Shown here: positions 12,494 through 25,240 of the stretch, piece by piece | Layout: every line of letters starts with the position of its first letter | Position numbering within the stretch: the first letter of the stretch is position 1 | Assembly: GCF_018350175.1 (NCBI RefSeq) | Contig: NC_058368.1 | Location: 10,478,001-10,542,000, forward strand | Direction: 5' to 3' | From: Felis catus | Taxonomy: Eukaryota | DNA length: 64,000 nucleotides | The notes under the pieces: generated by a model | What the model was told of the DNA's origin: nothing | The model's input: the letters and a program-made list of their open reading frames with translations, nothing else | Databases searched by the model: none | Made by a program: the position numbers and the translations under genes

Positions 12494-15400
12494 TACATTG
12501 CAATCCAAGCCTATCTCAAAAAACAAGAAAAATCCCGAATACAAAATCTAACAGGACACCTAAAGGAAATAGAACAACAAAGACATCCCAAACCCAGCAG
12601 AAGAAGAGAAATAATAAAGATCAGAGCAGAAATAAACAATATAGAATCTAAAAAAAACTGTAGAGCAGATCAATGAAACCAAGAGTTGTTTTTTTTTGAA
12701 AAAATAAACAAAATTGATAAACCTCTAGCCAGGCTTCTCGAAAAGAAAAAGGAGATGACCCAAATAGATAAAATCATGAATGAAAATGGAATTATTACAA
12801 CGAATCCCTCATAAATACAAGCAATTATTAGGGAATACTATGAAAAACTATATGTCAAGAAACTGGACAACCTGGAAGGAATGGACAAATTCCTAAACAC
12901 CCACACACTTCCAAACCTCAAACAGGAAGAAATAGAAAATTTGAACAGACCCATACCCAGCGAAGAAATTAAATCAGTTATCAAAAATCTCCCAACAAAT
13001 AAGAGTCCAGGACCAGATGGCTTCCCTGGGGAATTCTATCAGACATTTAAAGCAGAGATAATACCTATCCTTCTCAAGCTGTTCCAAAAAATAGAAAGGG
13101 AAGGAAAACTTCCAGACTCATTCTATGAAGCCAGCATTACTTTGATTCCCAAACCAGACAGAGACCCAGCAAAGAAAGAGAACTACAGGCCAATATCCCT
13201 GATGAATATAGATGCAAAAATTCTCAACAAGATACTAGCAAATCGAATTCAACAGCATGTAAAAAGAATTATTCACCATGATCAAGTGGGATTCATTCCT
13301 GGGCTGCAGGGCTGGTTCAATATTCGTAAATCGATCAATGTGATACATCACATTAATAAAAGATAAGGACCATATGATCCTGTCAATCGATGCAGAAAAA
13401 AAGCATTTGACAGAATTCAGCATCCTTTCTTAAGAAAAACCCTCGAGAAAGTCGGGATAGAAGGAATGTACTTAAACATCATAAAAGCCATTTATGAAAA
13501 GCCCACAGCTAATATCATCCTCAATGGGGAAAAACTGAGAGCTCTCCCCCTGAGGTCAGGAACACGACAGGGATGTCCACTCTCACCGCTGTTGTTTAAC
13601 ATAGTGTTGGAAGTGCCAGCATCAGCAATCAGACAACACAAGGCGATCAAAGGCATCCAAATTGGCAAAGATGAAGTCAAGCTTTCACTTTTTGCAGATG
13701 ACATGATATGATACGTGGAAGACCCGATAGACTCCACCAAAAGTCTGCTAGAACTGATACATGAATTCAGCAAAGTCACAGGATACAAAATTAATGTACA
13801 GAAATCAGCTGCATTCTTATACACTAAGAATGAAGCAACAGAAAGAAAGACAAATAAAGAAACTGATCCCATTCACAATTGCACCAAGAATCATGAAATA
13901 CCTAGGAATAAACCTAACCAAAGATGTACAAGATCTGTATGCTGAAAACTATAGAAAACTTATGAAGGAAACTGAAGAAGATACAAAGAAGTGGAAAAAC
14001 ATTCCATGCTCATGGATTGGAAGAATAAATATTGTTAAAATGTCAATACTACCCAAAGCAATCTACACATTCAATGCAATCCCAATCAAAATTGCAACAG
14101 CATTCTTCTCGAAGCTAGAACAAGCAATCCTAAAATTTGTATGGAACCACAAAAGACCCCAAATAGCCAAAGTAATATTGAAGAAGAAGACCAAAGCAGG
14201 AGGCATCACAATCCCAGACTGTAGCCTCTACTACAAAGCTGTAATCATCAAGACAGAATGGTATTGGCACAAAAACAGACACATAGACCAATGGAATAGA
14301 ATAGAGACTCCAGAACTGGACCCACAAAAGTATGGCCAACTAATCTTTGACAAAGCAGGAAAGAATATCCCCAATGGAAAAAAGACAGTCTCCTTAACAA
14401 ATGGTGCTTAGAGAACTGGACAGCAACATGCAGAAGAATAAAACTAGACCACTTTCTTACACCATTCACAAAAATAAACTCAAAATGGATGAAGGACCTG
14501 AATGTGAGACAGGAAACCATCAAAACCCTAGAGGAGAAAGCAGGAAAAAACCTCTCTGACCTCAGCCGCAGCAATTTCTTACTTGACACATCTCCAAAGG
14601 CAAGGGAATTAAAAGCAAAAATGAACTATTGGGACCTCATGAAGATAAAAAGCCTCCCCACTGCAAAGGAAACAATCAACAAAACTAAAAGGCAACCAAC
14701 AGAATGGGAAAAGATATTTGCAGATGACATATTGGACAAAGGGCTAGTATCCAAAATCTATAAAGAACTCACCAAAATCCACACCCAAAAAACAAATAAT
14801 CCAGTGAAGAAATGGGCAGAAGACGTGAATAGACACTTTTCCAAAGAAGACATCCAGATGGCCAACAGGCACATGAAAAGATGCTCAATGTCACTCCTCA
14901 TCAGGGAAATACAAATCAAAACCACACAGATATCACCTCACGCCAGTCAGAGTGGCCAAAATGAACAAATCAGGAGACTATAGATGCTGGAGAGGATGTG
15001 GAGAAATGGGAACCCTTTTGCACTGTTGGTGGGAATGCAAATTGGTGCAGCCACTCTGGAAAAGTGTGGAGGTTCCTCAAAAAATTAAAAATAGATCTAC
15101 CCTATGACCCAATAATAACACTGCTCGGAATTGACCCAAGGGATACAGGAGTGCTGATGCATAGGGGCACTTGTACCCCAATGTTTATAGCAGCACTCTC
15201 AACAATAGCCAAATTATGGAAAGAGCCTAAATGTCCATCAACTGATGAATGGATAAAGAAATTGTGGTTTATACACACAATGGAATACTACTTGGCAATG
15301 AGAAGGATGAAATCTGGCCATTTGCAGTAACGTGGATGGAACTGGAGAGTGTTATGCTAAGTGAAATAAGTCATACAGAGAAAGACAGATACCGTATGTT

Positions 15401-15660
15401 TTCACTCTTATGTGGATCCTGAGAAACTTAACAGAAGACCATGGCGGAGGGGAAAGGGAAAAAAAAGTTAGAGAGGGAGGGAGGCAAACCAGAAGAGACT
15501 CTTAAAAACTGAGACTAGACTGAGGGTTGATGGGGGGTGGGAGGGAGGGGAAAGTGGGTGTAGGGCATTGAGGAGGGCACCTGTTGGGATGAGCACTGGG
15601 TGTTGTATGAAAACCAATTTGATAATAAATTTCATATTAAAAAAATAGAAAAGTGAAAAA
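12494..15660 (+). mobile_element. 5'-truncated carnivore/felid L1: ORF2 RT, Cys-rich region and 3' UTR; inactivated
   Basis: ORF pieces 12881-13366, 13466-13711 ([12 protein letters not shown]), 13761-14411, 14489-14983 and 14998-15330 are colinear L1 ORF2, broken by frameshifts and stops. A G-rich 3' UTR, AATAAA at 15624 and an A-rich tail follow. Confidence 0.97.
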
Positions 15661-16371
15661 CAAATAGAAGAGAAAGACTCTCTCAACAAAATAGAAGAGA
15701 AAACCTCAATCTGATAAAGTGAATCTATAACGTACCAAAACTGGGAACAAGGCAGGGATGTCTGTCTCACCGCTTTTATTCAGCACTATACTCAGAGGTT
15801 CTAACCAGTGCAATAAGGTGCAAAATATACATGTAAAGATACAAATTGGAAGGGAGGAAGTAAAACTGTCTGTATCCATAGACCATATGATCTTGTATGT
15901 GGAAAATCCTCCCTATCCACCTGTCCACCAAAGGTGGCGGTGGAGGGCGGAGGCGGGGCCAAACTTCTAGAACCAATAGATGAGTTTAGCAACGTTGCAG
16001 GCTACGAGGCCAATGTACAAAAGCATTTGTACCGTTTTGGCAACAAAAAATCAAAAATGAAGAAAACAATGTCATTCACAATAACATCCAAATGAATAAA
16101 AATACTCAGGCATAAACCTTCGAGGAAGTTACATTGTATACTGTACAACAAAATTCTGAGAAAAATTAAGATCTAGTTAAGCGAAGAGACAGAGACCATA
16201 TTTATGTATTGGAAGACTCAATACCACTATGATGGCAATTTACTCTGCTGATGTTTTAATACTTAAAATAGATTTTATTATTTCACCTTACTTAAAATTA
16301 ACTTACTCTGAATGCCTAAATGAAGCGTTCTGGATCAGAGAGAGATTTTTAGATTAAACAAGTCACAGTAT

Positions 16372-16593
16372 GGGGCGCCTGGGTGGCTCAGTCGGTTAAG
16401 TGTCCGACTTCAACTCAGGTCACGATCTCGCGGTCCGTGAGTTCGAGCCCCGTGTCGGGCTCTGGGCTGACAGCTCAGAGCCTGGAGCCTGCTTCCGATT
16501 CTGTGTCTCCTATCTCTCTCTGCCCCTCCCCTGTTCATGCTCTGTCTCTGTCTCAAAAATAAAAAATAAACAGTAAAAAAAATTAAAAAAAAA
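16372..16593 (+). mobile_element. Can-SINE with no visible TSD
   Basis: Full head ggggcgcctgggtggctcagtcgg and A-tail; the two flanks are unrelated. Confidence 0.95.
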
Positions 16594-17793
16594 GAGATAA
16601 GGGAAGTTTTACTTTCCTTTGGGATCAGAGCAATTGACTAGACAAATGGACTGTGAGATGTTTCTTGGGGGTTAATAAGGGTTTTTTTACAGGAGCACAG
16701 AAATTCAGGGAAATTTTATTGCCCCACATTTCCCAAATTCATCTATAAATTCAGTGTGATCCATATCAAAATCATAGCAGTCTTCTTTTGTAAAAAATTG
16801 AGAAGCTGATCCTAAAATGTGTATGGAAATACAGAACAATTCTTAAGGAGATCAAAATTGGAGAATTTACCCTTCAACGATTTCGTAACTCACTATAAAG
16901 CTATGATAATCAACACAAGGTGCAAGTAGTATAAATATTTTATATATAATTATGTATAATATATATATAAATATCAATGAAATATATATAAATATCAATG
17001 AAATATATGTATATGTATATATATATAATATATCAAAGAACAGGATAGAGATTCTAGAAATAAACCCTCTCATTTATGGTAAACTAATTTTTCACAGAGA
17101 TGCCAAGGCACTTCAGTGGGGACGTGGAACCAGTCGTGCTGGACCAATTATATATTTCCACCCACGAAAAATGAACTTGGAACGTTCCCTCATACCTCAT
17201 GCAAAAATTAACTCAAAATGTACCATAGTACAAAATATAAGAGCTAAAACTGTAAACTGCTGGGAAAAAACGTAGGGGTAATTCTTTGTGACCCTAATTT
17301 AGGCAAGGATATATGGCATCGAAAGCATGCTCCACAGGAGGAAAAATTCATAAATTGGACTTTATGAAACTTAAAAAAAAAAAAACAACCTTTGCTCTTT
17401 AAAAGATATCATGAAGAGAAAGGAAAAAAATCATAACGGAGAGAAATGTTTCTAAATTACGTATCTGGTAAAGGACTTGAATCCAGAATTATATAATCAT
17501 CTTTTGCAAGTCAACAAGAAAGTAAACTGCTGAGTTTAAGATGGGCCAGTGATTGAACAGACATTTCACTAACGAAGATACATGAATGGCTAATAAGCAC
17601 GTGGAAAGATGCTCAACCTTGTTCGTCGTGAGGGAAATGCAGACTAAAATCACATCGCCTAGAATGGCCCTAAGCCGAACGACAGACTCTTCCCGGTGTT
17701 GGTGGGGCTGTGGAAAAGCTGGACCTCTACTGGGAATATAAAATACACTCATTGTGGAAACGTTTTGGTGGTCTTTAAAAAGTTAAACATATA

Positions 17794-18256
17794 TGTGGTA
17801 GGCAATTTATGACATACAGTCTCACTGGTCCCCCTCCTGCTGGCATTCATACGCCGTGTATTCCCCTCTCTGGCGTGTGGGCCCATTGGGTATGGAAAAG
17901 GTGATGGGGGGTCTCTTCTGTAATTCGGTTACAAGGGATTGTGACCTCCAACTTTCTTGTAGACTCTCCCTACTTCCTTCTTGGCTTGCAAGTTTTGTTG
18001 AAGCAAGCTGCAGGGGGCTGGGCGTGGCAGTGAGGCCCTCAGGTCACTAGTCCAGAAGGAACTGAACGTTACTAGCAACCCCAGAGTGAGCTTGGAAGTG
18101 GATCTTCTCCTAGTCGAGGCTTCCGATGAGATCGTAGAGCCTGGGCTGACATCCTGATTACAATCTTGTGACCGACCATGAAGCAGAGGTCCCAGCTAAG
18201 CTGTGCCCAGACTCCTGACCCATGAAAGCTGTGTGATAATCACTGTGTGTTGTTTG
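17794..18256 (+). mobile_element. MLT1-type MaLR solo LTR inside the old L1
   Basis: Starts TGTGGTAGGC; contains the MLT1-type motifs cccagctaagctgtgcccagactcctgaccc and gtgtgataat..gtgttgttt. Confidence 0.8.
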
Positions 18257-19467
18257 TGTGGTATATCCACTCAATGTAATATTGCTCACAATAAAAGTAA
18301 TGAACTATGATACATGCAGCAGTGCTAAGTGAAGGAAGCCAGCCACAAAACATTCGTGGTATATGATTCCACTGATAAGAAATTTCTAGAAAAGGCAGTA
18401 GTATAAAGAAAAAGCAAATCAGTGGTTTCTTGCGGCTGCCAGTAGGGGTGAGGATTGACTTAAAATGAATGCCAGGGAATTTGGGAGAATGATTGTAGCC
18501 TTCTAAAACTGGATTTGTGGTTGCCTAAATATGGACGTTTACTAAAAATTTTCAAGCTACTGTTACTGTGCGTGAATTGTATGATATGTAAATCATATGT
18601 CAATATAGCCATAAAAATGTGTTTGTCTGAAGAAATACAATTTTAATCTCCATTTATTGCTGTTCAGTGTGCTCTAATATTTACAGATTAAATTTTGATT
18701 TCACCCCAAGTTTGTCCTTCTCGTGCAGTTTAAGCCATCTCTCTGTCTGTGCACAGCTTCCCATCATGCTCCACGTCTGTTCTTAAGGCCTCCTCCCACA
18801 CTCCTGGCCCTGACTGGTACTTCCTTTTGGCATTTTGAGCAACGAGATGTGATTCTCAGAGTCCATCTAGACTTCTTGGTGTTACAGATGCCTCTTTTCA
18901 CTTTTCTAGTTTTGTTTTGTTGTTTTTCATAACTGCATTTTCCAGAAATGATTAGCCCATTCTAATAACTTTGTAAACCAGCCCTTCACTCGTATCCATG
19001 GCCCCTGAGATACAAATGCAATCACTTCTGAAATCTGCATGAATACAGGGAAAGAGATTATGGATTAATTTTTTTCCTATGAGATGCATTTGTGTCTCTA
19101 ACAGTTCATTTTTAAATGTGAAAAACGAGCCAAGAGTTGTTTCCACTGTTTTTCTTTCTTTCTTCTGGGACCATCAACAACTGTGGAGTTATCTGAGAAT
19201 TGAACTGAGGGTATGTTTTTCCTGAGTTTTCTTCCACGCCAGTAGACTCTCAGAAGGCCTTGCAAGTAAACATCATATATGAATCCCCTCAGCTAATATT
19301 CAAAACTTTCTCACCTCTGTTAGACTTTATTCCAGTATGTATATTTGTCTTTGTTTTCCCTCTTCCTTTAAAATTTCCTTCTTAGATTTTTAACCCCATG
19401 AGCACTTAGAATTTTTAAAGCACAATAAATGGCTGGTATGGAAGTTCTCCCCCTACATTATTTTGGG

Positions 19468-19678
19468 TTTTTTTTAACGTTTATTTATTTTTGAGACAGA
19501 GAGAGACAGAGCATGAACGGGGGAGGGGCAGATAGAGAGGGAGACACAGAATCGGAAACAGGCTCCAGGCTCTGAGTCATCAGCCCAGAGCCCGACGCGG
19601 GGCTCGAACTCACGGACCGTGAGATCGTGACCTGAGCTGAAGTCGGACGCTCAACCGACTTAGCCACCCAGGCGCCCC
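19468..19678 (-). mobile_element. Young felid Can-SINE
   Basis: CpG-rich full-length copy; TSD acattattttg. Confidence 0.96.
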
Positions 19679-19869
19679 TCCCCCTTCACATTATTTTGAA
19701 GGCTTCTTTGCAGATACTATTGTTTGAACCCTCATGTGAGTGGAATATTTGTGCCATTCCTGGATAAAGCCTCCCAAGGAGGCCAGGGTAGTAAAGGCAC
19801 TGTTGATGTGCCCAGCCTGTGGCACAACGGAATGAGGACCAGCCACACCGCCCTGGGAGGACACTGGAC

Positions 19870-20060
19870 TAGGATCAGAGCCGGGGACCTGCTCTCACCC
19901 CCGTTCCATTCCTGGCTTGTCAAGTTACCCTAAGAAAGTTACAATCTCTGTGAGCTCTGTTTTCTCATCTATAAATTGGTGACAAATCCCTGATCATCTC
20001 GCAAGGTTGTCTCAAGGGTTGAATGAATGAGATAAAATTTAATGAGGGTATTCTGTAAAC
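19870..20060 (+). mobile_element. MIR remnant
   Basis: Core tctctgtgagctctgttttctcatctataaa...aaggttgtctcaagggttgaatga. Confidence 0.65.
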
Positions 20061-20158
20061 CATTTAAGAGAGTTTATTTAAGTATTCATATCAGGCATTT
20101 TAAGCAGAATATAATAAAATTTTAGCCTAGAGAAGACTTGTTTTTAAAATGTATCTTA

Positions 20159-20370
20159 GGAGCACCTCTAGGTGGCTTAGTTGGTTGAGTATCTGACTTT
20201 GGCTCAGGTCATGATCTCACAGTCTGTGAGTTGGAGCCCAGCATGAGACTCTCTGCTGTCAGTGCAGAGCCTGCTTCAGATCCTCTGCCCCCCCCAACCC
20301 CCGCACCCCCGCAGCCTCTACCCCACCCCTCTTGCTGTGCTCTCTCAAAAATAAAAAAATGAAACATTTT
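20159..20370 (+). mobile_element. Older Can-SINE
   Basis: Diverged head, C-rich linker and A-tail; imperfect TSD aaaa(g)tgtatc. Confidence 0.88.
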
Positions 20371-20875
20371 AAAAGTGTATCCTATCTGGGTTTAATAAAG
20401 CCAAGACTGTTTCAGTATTGATAACCCAGTGAGTGACCGTATAACACAGATGGGCGATATAAATCTGTAAACAAGCCTTGAGAGCAGGTGGATACTTTGT
20501 TTAGAGTAAACGAAATAGTATCTGGTTTCAGTTTCCTTCCATAGCTGCTAGGTTACTTCAATCTCAGTCATTCTAGGCTATGTCTGATTCTGCTTAAACA
20601 TCATTTTGTTAAGTTCTAGAGGATATTGAAATGATGGCAATGCAAAAAGTTTTTTTGGCTCTCTTGCAAACTGTTTCCAGTTATTCAATGTGTCTCTTCA
20701 CATTTCTGCAGTCAGACGAGACATCTAGATAGGAAGAGAGCATTGAGATACTTTATCCTTCTCCCTGATTCCCTGATGAGCTCCACATTTTCCTACTCTG
20801 AGAGACTTACGCCTAATTACACATCAGGTCGGTGGACAGGCCAGGGGAACCCTGAGAACTCTTCACCCTGCCCTA

Positions 20876-20876
<1 letters not shown>

Positions 20877-20909
<33 letters not shown>
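20877..20909. repeat. (CA)n microsatellite
   Basis: Perfect CA run. Confidence 0.95.
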
Positions 20910-20910
<1 letters not shown>

Positions 20911-21289
20911 ACATATGGCCAGAATTTCTTTCGAGAGGCCTGGGAAATAGTAGTTTTTCTGCCCTTTTTTGCACGTTATAGTAGTGACTTAAATGACTTA
21001 CTAAGGAAAGCTATTTATATTTATCATGGTTGAGGGATCTCCTAGAGGTCTGTGGAACACAGAAGCAAAAAGTGGTGCATTTGGAATATTTAAGTAATCG
21101 GAGATACAAAAGCAGGGAGCCTGGAGTCAGAGGGAGGGTGGTGGAAAAGATTTTCTTGCTTGCTTTTAGAGTCTCATAGCCAATATCAAATATTGAAGAA
21201 AAGCAGTCACTTCATGAATTCAAATGCTGTTCTGAAGCAAAATTGTTTTCGGTGCTAAGAGAGCATAACCTCTGTTCCTCTTCTCGCAG

Positions 21290-21457
21290 GCCCGGCCCGT
21301 GGATTATCCTAGGGACTACCTTTCTCACCAAATTCCCATATCTTTTCATAAACACTGGAACATCGATCCGGTAAAGGTATATTTCACGTGGTTGGCACCC
21401 GGTGAGGAAGACAAAGCCAGGCAGGAGACACAGAAAGGCTTTAAGGAAGAGTTATAA
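21290..21457 (+). CDS. B3GLCT: B3GLCT last coding exon (human exon 15 equivalent)
   Basis: ttctcgcag|GCC, phase 0. Encodes [55 protein letters not shown] followed by TAA; contains the ISFHK motif and a KDEL-like end. Confidence 0.97.
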   Translation, partial: ARPVDYPRDYLSHQIPISFHKHWNIDPVKVYFTWLAPGEEDKARQETQKGFKEEL

Positions 21458-21762
21458 AGCGTGCTGGCCTATGAGCACAGTTTGGTGACGAGACCGGAGT
21501 GGAGGCTGGCATCGTCCTGCGAGCTGTGACCACATTGCTTCCACGTGCCACATGGCATTGGGAGACTCTGACTTCAGGTGGAAATTATGTATATGGTATT
21601 TTTTGAAGGGGGGGGGGAAGAAACAGAGTCGTAGGGGAAACAGATTTTTTTTTTTTCTGGGAAAAATCACTTGCTTTTTGCATTATGCGGTTATTGTAAT
21701 ATACAGTGATTACTGTGTATTTTTCAAGCTGTGATACAGCAGCTTTATTACTGTCACAGAAA

Positions 21763-21768
21763 AATAAA
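21763..21768 (+). terminator. Candidate proximal polyadenylation signal
   Basis: AATAAA with upstream TGTA motifs and a downstream pyrimidine/T-rich tract. Confidence 0.4.
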
Positions 21769-21845
21769 TGGTACCAGAAGTCTCCTTCCTGTTTTCTCTC
21801 TTCATTATAAAGTGTCAGATGGGCATGAGACTGGCAAGACATGAC

Positions 21846-21958
21846 TGTGTGTGTATATATATATATATATACACACACACACCCACTCTACAGTGTGTAT
21901 ATATATATATATATATAGAATATATATATTCTAGTGTATATATATATATATATATATA
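21846..21958. repeat. Compound (TG)/(TA)/(CA) microsatellite
   Basis: Three long (TA)n runs and a shorter one, with TG and CA flanks. Confidence 0.95.
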
Positions 21959-23410
21959 GAAGAGGCAACATCCGTTGACGTGGGTATTACCATGATGTGA
22001 ACTTTTTAACCATATTATTAATGATGAAAATTATTTTCTGGTTATTCAGTAGGAATAATGCTGTATTAAATATTCATCAAACATCATAAAAGTCGAGATA
22101 CGAAGTCCCCCGTAGTCTATAATCAGGGTTGTTATGTTTTATCTGTTTTTCTGTTGGTGCCTCATAAAAAGAGAATAAGAAGTCTTCTGCTAGAGCTTTC
22201 TATTTCTTTCTTTAGAGGTTCATCTCTGTTCTATTTCTCCCCGAAGCCCTATCTTTATGACCTACTTGTAACACAAAAGTGTGCTGGATTCCGCCAGAAA
22301 ATAGTGTTCTCAATATTTAAAAACAATGTTGTCGGGCTTTATTCAAGTCTGTGAGTTCTGTGGAAGTCTCAGGAAGTGAATTAAATTAATTTGTACCTGA
22401 TGTTTTACTCTTATTTTTCTTTGAATGTTACTTAACGACTCTCTCCTGGCTCATAATAGACCCCCCAGTGTACCGTGAAACCCTAGTGGAAAGGCAGCAT
22501 GGTGATTTAGTAATTTCCCTGGGTTCTTACAAAATGAGATTTGAATATAGTATTTTGAAACAGCTCTAGTTTTCAAATCATGTCTTTAGTATCTAGTAAT
22601 TTAACACATTCATTATTAATTTGTAAAAAGTACCCTGTATGTTAACATTTTAATTATGTAATTCAGTTTTTCTGAGGGCGTTTGCATAAAATTTGATTTT
22701 GATAGGTCTTAAACTAATTTCGGTCTAGTAAAATACTTTCCTCTTTTTTTTTTTAAAAAAATTGCTATTCATTAACTTTGCTTGTAAGGCTTTTTATGGT
22801 CAAGCACAGGGTTTTAAAGCCATACCACTAAAAGCACCCATGTGTGTTTTTTAACAATACATTTTCTTGTAGCTTAGCTTGGACTCATTTCCAAAATGAT
22901 GCAATAGTATTTTTTACTGGTTTCCAAATTAGCAAAAACCAGAACTGGTGTGTTTTCGGTGGTGACTGAATGCATTAGATTCATTTTTGTGAAAGTGGAT
23001 GTGGTGGCCTGTCCAAGGACTGGGTTGGGGACGAGCAGATGTTTGAGAAGCACCCCAAGGGTCTATAGATCCTGTCAGACTGGTGGTGACATCAGCATCG
23101 TTGTCAGAGCTGGGATTGCTGTCCTTGCTATCGTCACAGTCACCTTCCTGTTATCTGTGATCAGTACCCCCCCGGGGAGCCTGGCTGCCTGACCCGGTGG
23201 AAAAGAGGCTTTGGTTCTTCCTGCTCTGGCCTCCCAATTGTCATACTCCCAATATGGCACATTCATTTGACAGGATTGAACAGGCGTCTGTACCTGAAGA
23301 TCCACGTCAAGCTTTCAGTGCCTTCTACTGATGCCAGAGTACCTCCTCTGGTAGTTGTTGGTGTTTCATTGATTGTGTTTACTTTTTGGAACTATGTCAG
23401 CCTAACCACA

Positions 23411-23416
23411 AATAAA
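23411..23416 (+). terminator. Candidate distal polyadenylation signal
   Basis: AATAAA with a T-rich upstream region, CA dinucleotides shortly downstream and then T/GT-rich sequence. Confidence 0.55.
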
Positions 23417-24169
23417 AGATGTTTGCCTCAGTTACTCATTTCTCCAGTGTATCCATTAGTCCGACCTAAAGTGGGAGGGGTAAGGGGAGAAAGAATTAAT
23501 GAAGCCCGGGGAAAAAGTTGGTGGCTCAGAAAACACAGTTCTCAGGGAGCAAAGTTAATAAAAAGCTATCCTTGTAAGAGAAAGCCATCAGATATTGAAG
23601 ATCTATTTCTACAAAGTCTGTGAAACCATTTTCTATCTTCTATAACAAATGGAGATGTTATTTTGGGACGGATTCCCATACAGTTCCTACCTTAAGAAAC
23701 ACATTTTGAATCTGAACTTCCCAGGACAGATACTGTCCTATTCACATCTCTTCTGCCTTTTTCATAGGAATTCACGTCCAGATAGTTCTTTTCATCCTAG
23801 GGATGCCAACATCAAGGGATAACTGGAATGCTATTGTTGCTTTTAAGTCACTTCTGATAGAACTAAAGCAAGTTGCCTCTGTAGAATTTTTATATCTTCC
23901 AGCTAAATCAGAAATTCAGGTGCAAACACACCCTTTATGGCATGTTTGGGAACACAGAACCAGAGCACAAAGTGATAACATGCACAGGTATATACGTGTC
24001 AGTACTCTCTCAGTTTCCTGGTTGCCGAATACCTTTAGTGTGTCCACATCCATATCCACTAATTGTGTACTTTCCCTCAGAAATTGGTAATACAAGAACG
24101 CTAGAAGAATCTTTCGAATGTTTCTGTTGTCTTTCGTTCAGCAGCTGTAATTTCTATGGACAAAAATGA

Positions 24170-25240
24170 ATCGATTCATTCAGCAGCTGTTTATTAAACA
24201 CCTACTACGTGCCAGATGTTCCAGGATGCCCCTTATCTGTCCTACTCATCATTCTGTCCCCGGGATCTTTGAATGCCTGGCACATTGTTTTATGTTCCCA
24301 AGCATTGTATAAACTTGTCACCTGTAAAATGTGTCTTCCTCCTATCTGTGGAAAGTGAAGGCCTTGTATCTCATGCTGTCTCACAGCACATGCTTTCCCC
24401 TAAAAGGCACTTTCCTAGTGGGAGGAGAGGTGGGTGCAAGGAGAATCAACCTAAAGCAGTAAACAGATGAAGAAACGAGATGATTTCTAATAATGACAAA
24501 TGTTTAAAGGCACTAAGAACAGGATACCGTGATAGATCGAGGGGCTACTTTGGATGGGAGTGATCAGAGAGGGCCTGATGAGAAGGCGATGTTTGAGCAA
24601 AGATCCAAGTGACTAGGAGAGGTCAGGAATGCAAGGGGTATTCGTAGGGTATTCTAGGCAGAGGGAACAGAAAGTGTGAAGGCTCTAAGGTGGGAGCAAG
24701 TTTGTCATGTCTAAAAAAAGAAAGCAAGCCTGCGTGACTGTCGCTTGGCTGTCATTGTTATTAGACATCCAGATGACGTCCGATAAATAGTTGATGTTAG
24801 CGAGTCTGGAACTCAACAGAGGAGTCAGGACTGGAGATTCCGGTGCTCATCAGCATGTGAAAAGTTTTGAAAAACACAAGACTACACAGAATCATCTAGG
24901 GAGAGAATGAAGGAAGACAAGAGAGCAGGGTCAGCCTGAGCAGGACAGTCAATAAGGTGGGAGGGACGCCAATGACGTGTCATGGAGGCCAAGTAAAGAG
25001 CATTTCAAGAAGCAGGTGTCACATCCTAGAGGGCCATTAGGAGAGGATGGAGACGTCTGTGGGATTCAACAGCATAGACGTGACCTTGATGAGACCACTC
25101 CCAGTGAATGCTGCAGCATGGGGGAAGATACAGAGATTGCAGAGAGCAATTATGAACAATTTTTTTTTTTGGCCTACAGTTAATTCTTTTTATGAGTTCA
25201 AGACAAGGGGAAGTAGCTTAAGGTTGGGGGGACGTGGAGA
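24170..25240 (-). mobile_element. LINE-2 remnants
   Basis: L2 tail (ttcattcagcagctgtttattaaacacctactacgtgccag) and a purine-rich body (gtttgagcaaagatcc; aggcagagggaacag). Confidence 0.7.

Larger units (their letters stand above)
15676..18620 (+). mobile_element. Old eutherian L1 remnant, right part, with nested insertions
   Basis: Continues the 11830-12493 element (IQIGREEVKLS...MILYVENP; KNRIEILEINPLIYGKLIF) and ends in an L1M-type 3' UTR at 18257-18620. Confidence 0.8.
21458..23440 (+). other. B3GLCT: Probable B3GLCT 3' UTR
   Basis: AU-rich, repeat-poor sequence after the stop codon, up to a candidate distal AATAAA at 23411. The end point is inferred. Confidence 0.6.

Noticed and set aside
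12881..15330. Active reverse transcriptase gene
   Set aside because: Lacks the 5' UTR, ORF1 and the endonuclease domain; has multiple frameshifts and a stop just after FADD.
16943..17035. AT-rich 21-bp tandem duplication (also short tandems near 28560 and 55870)
   Set aside because: Ordinary replication-slippage products, with no sign of function.
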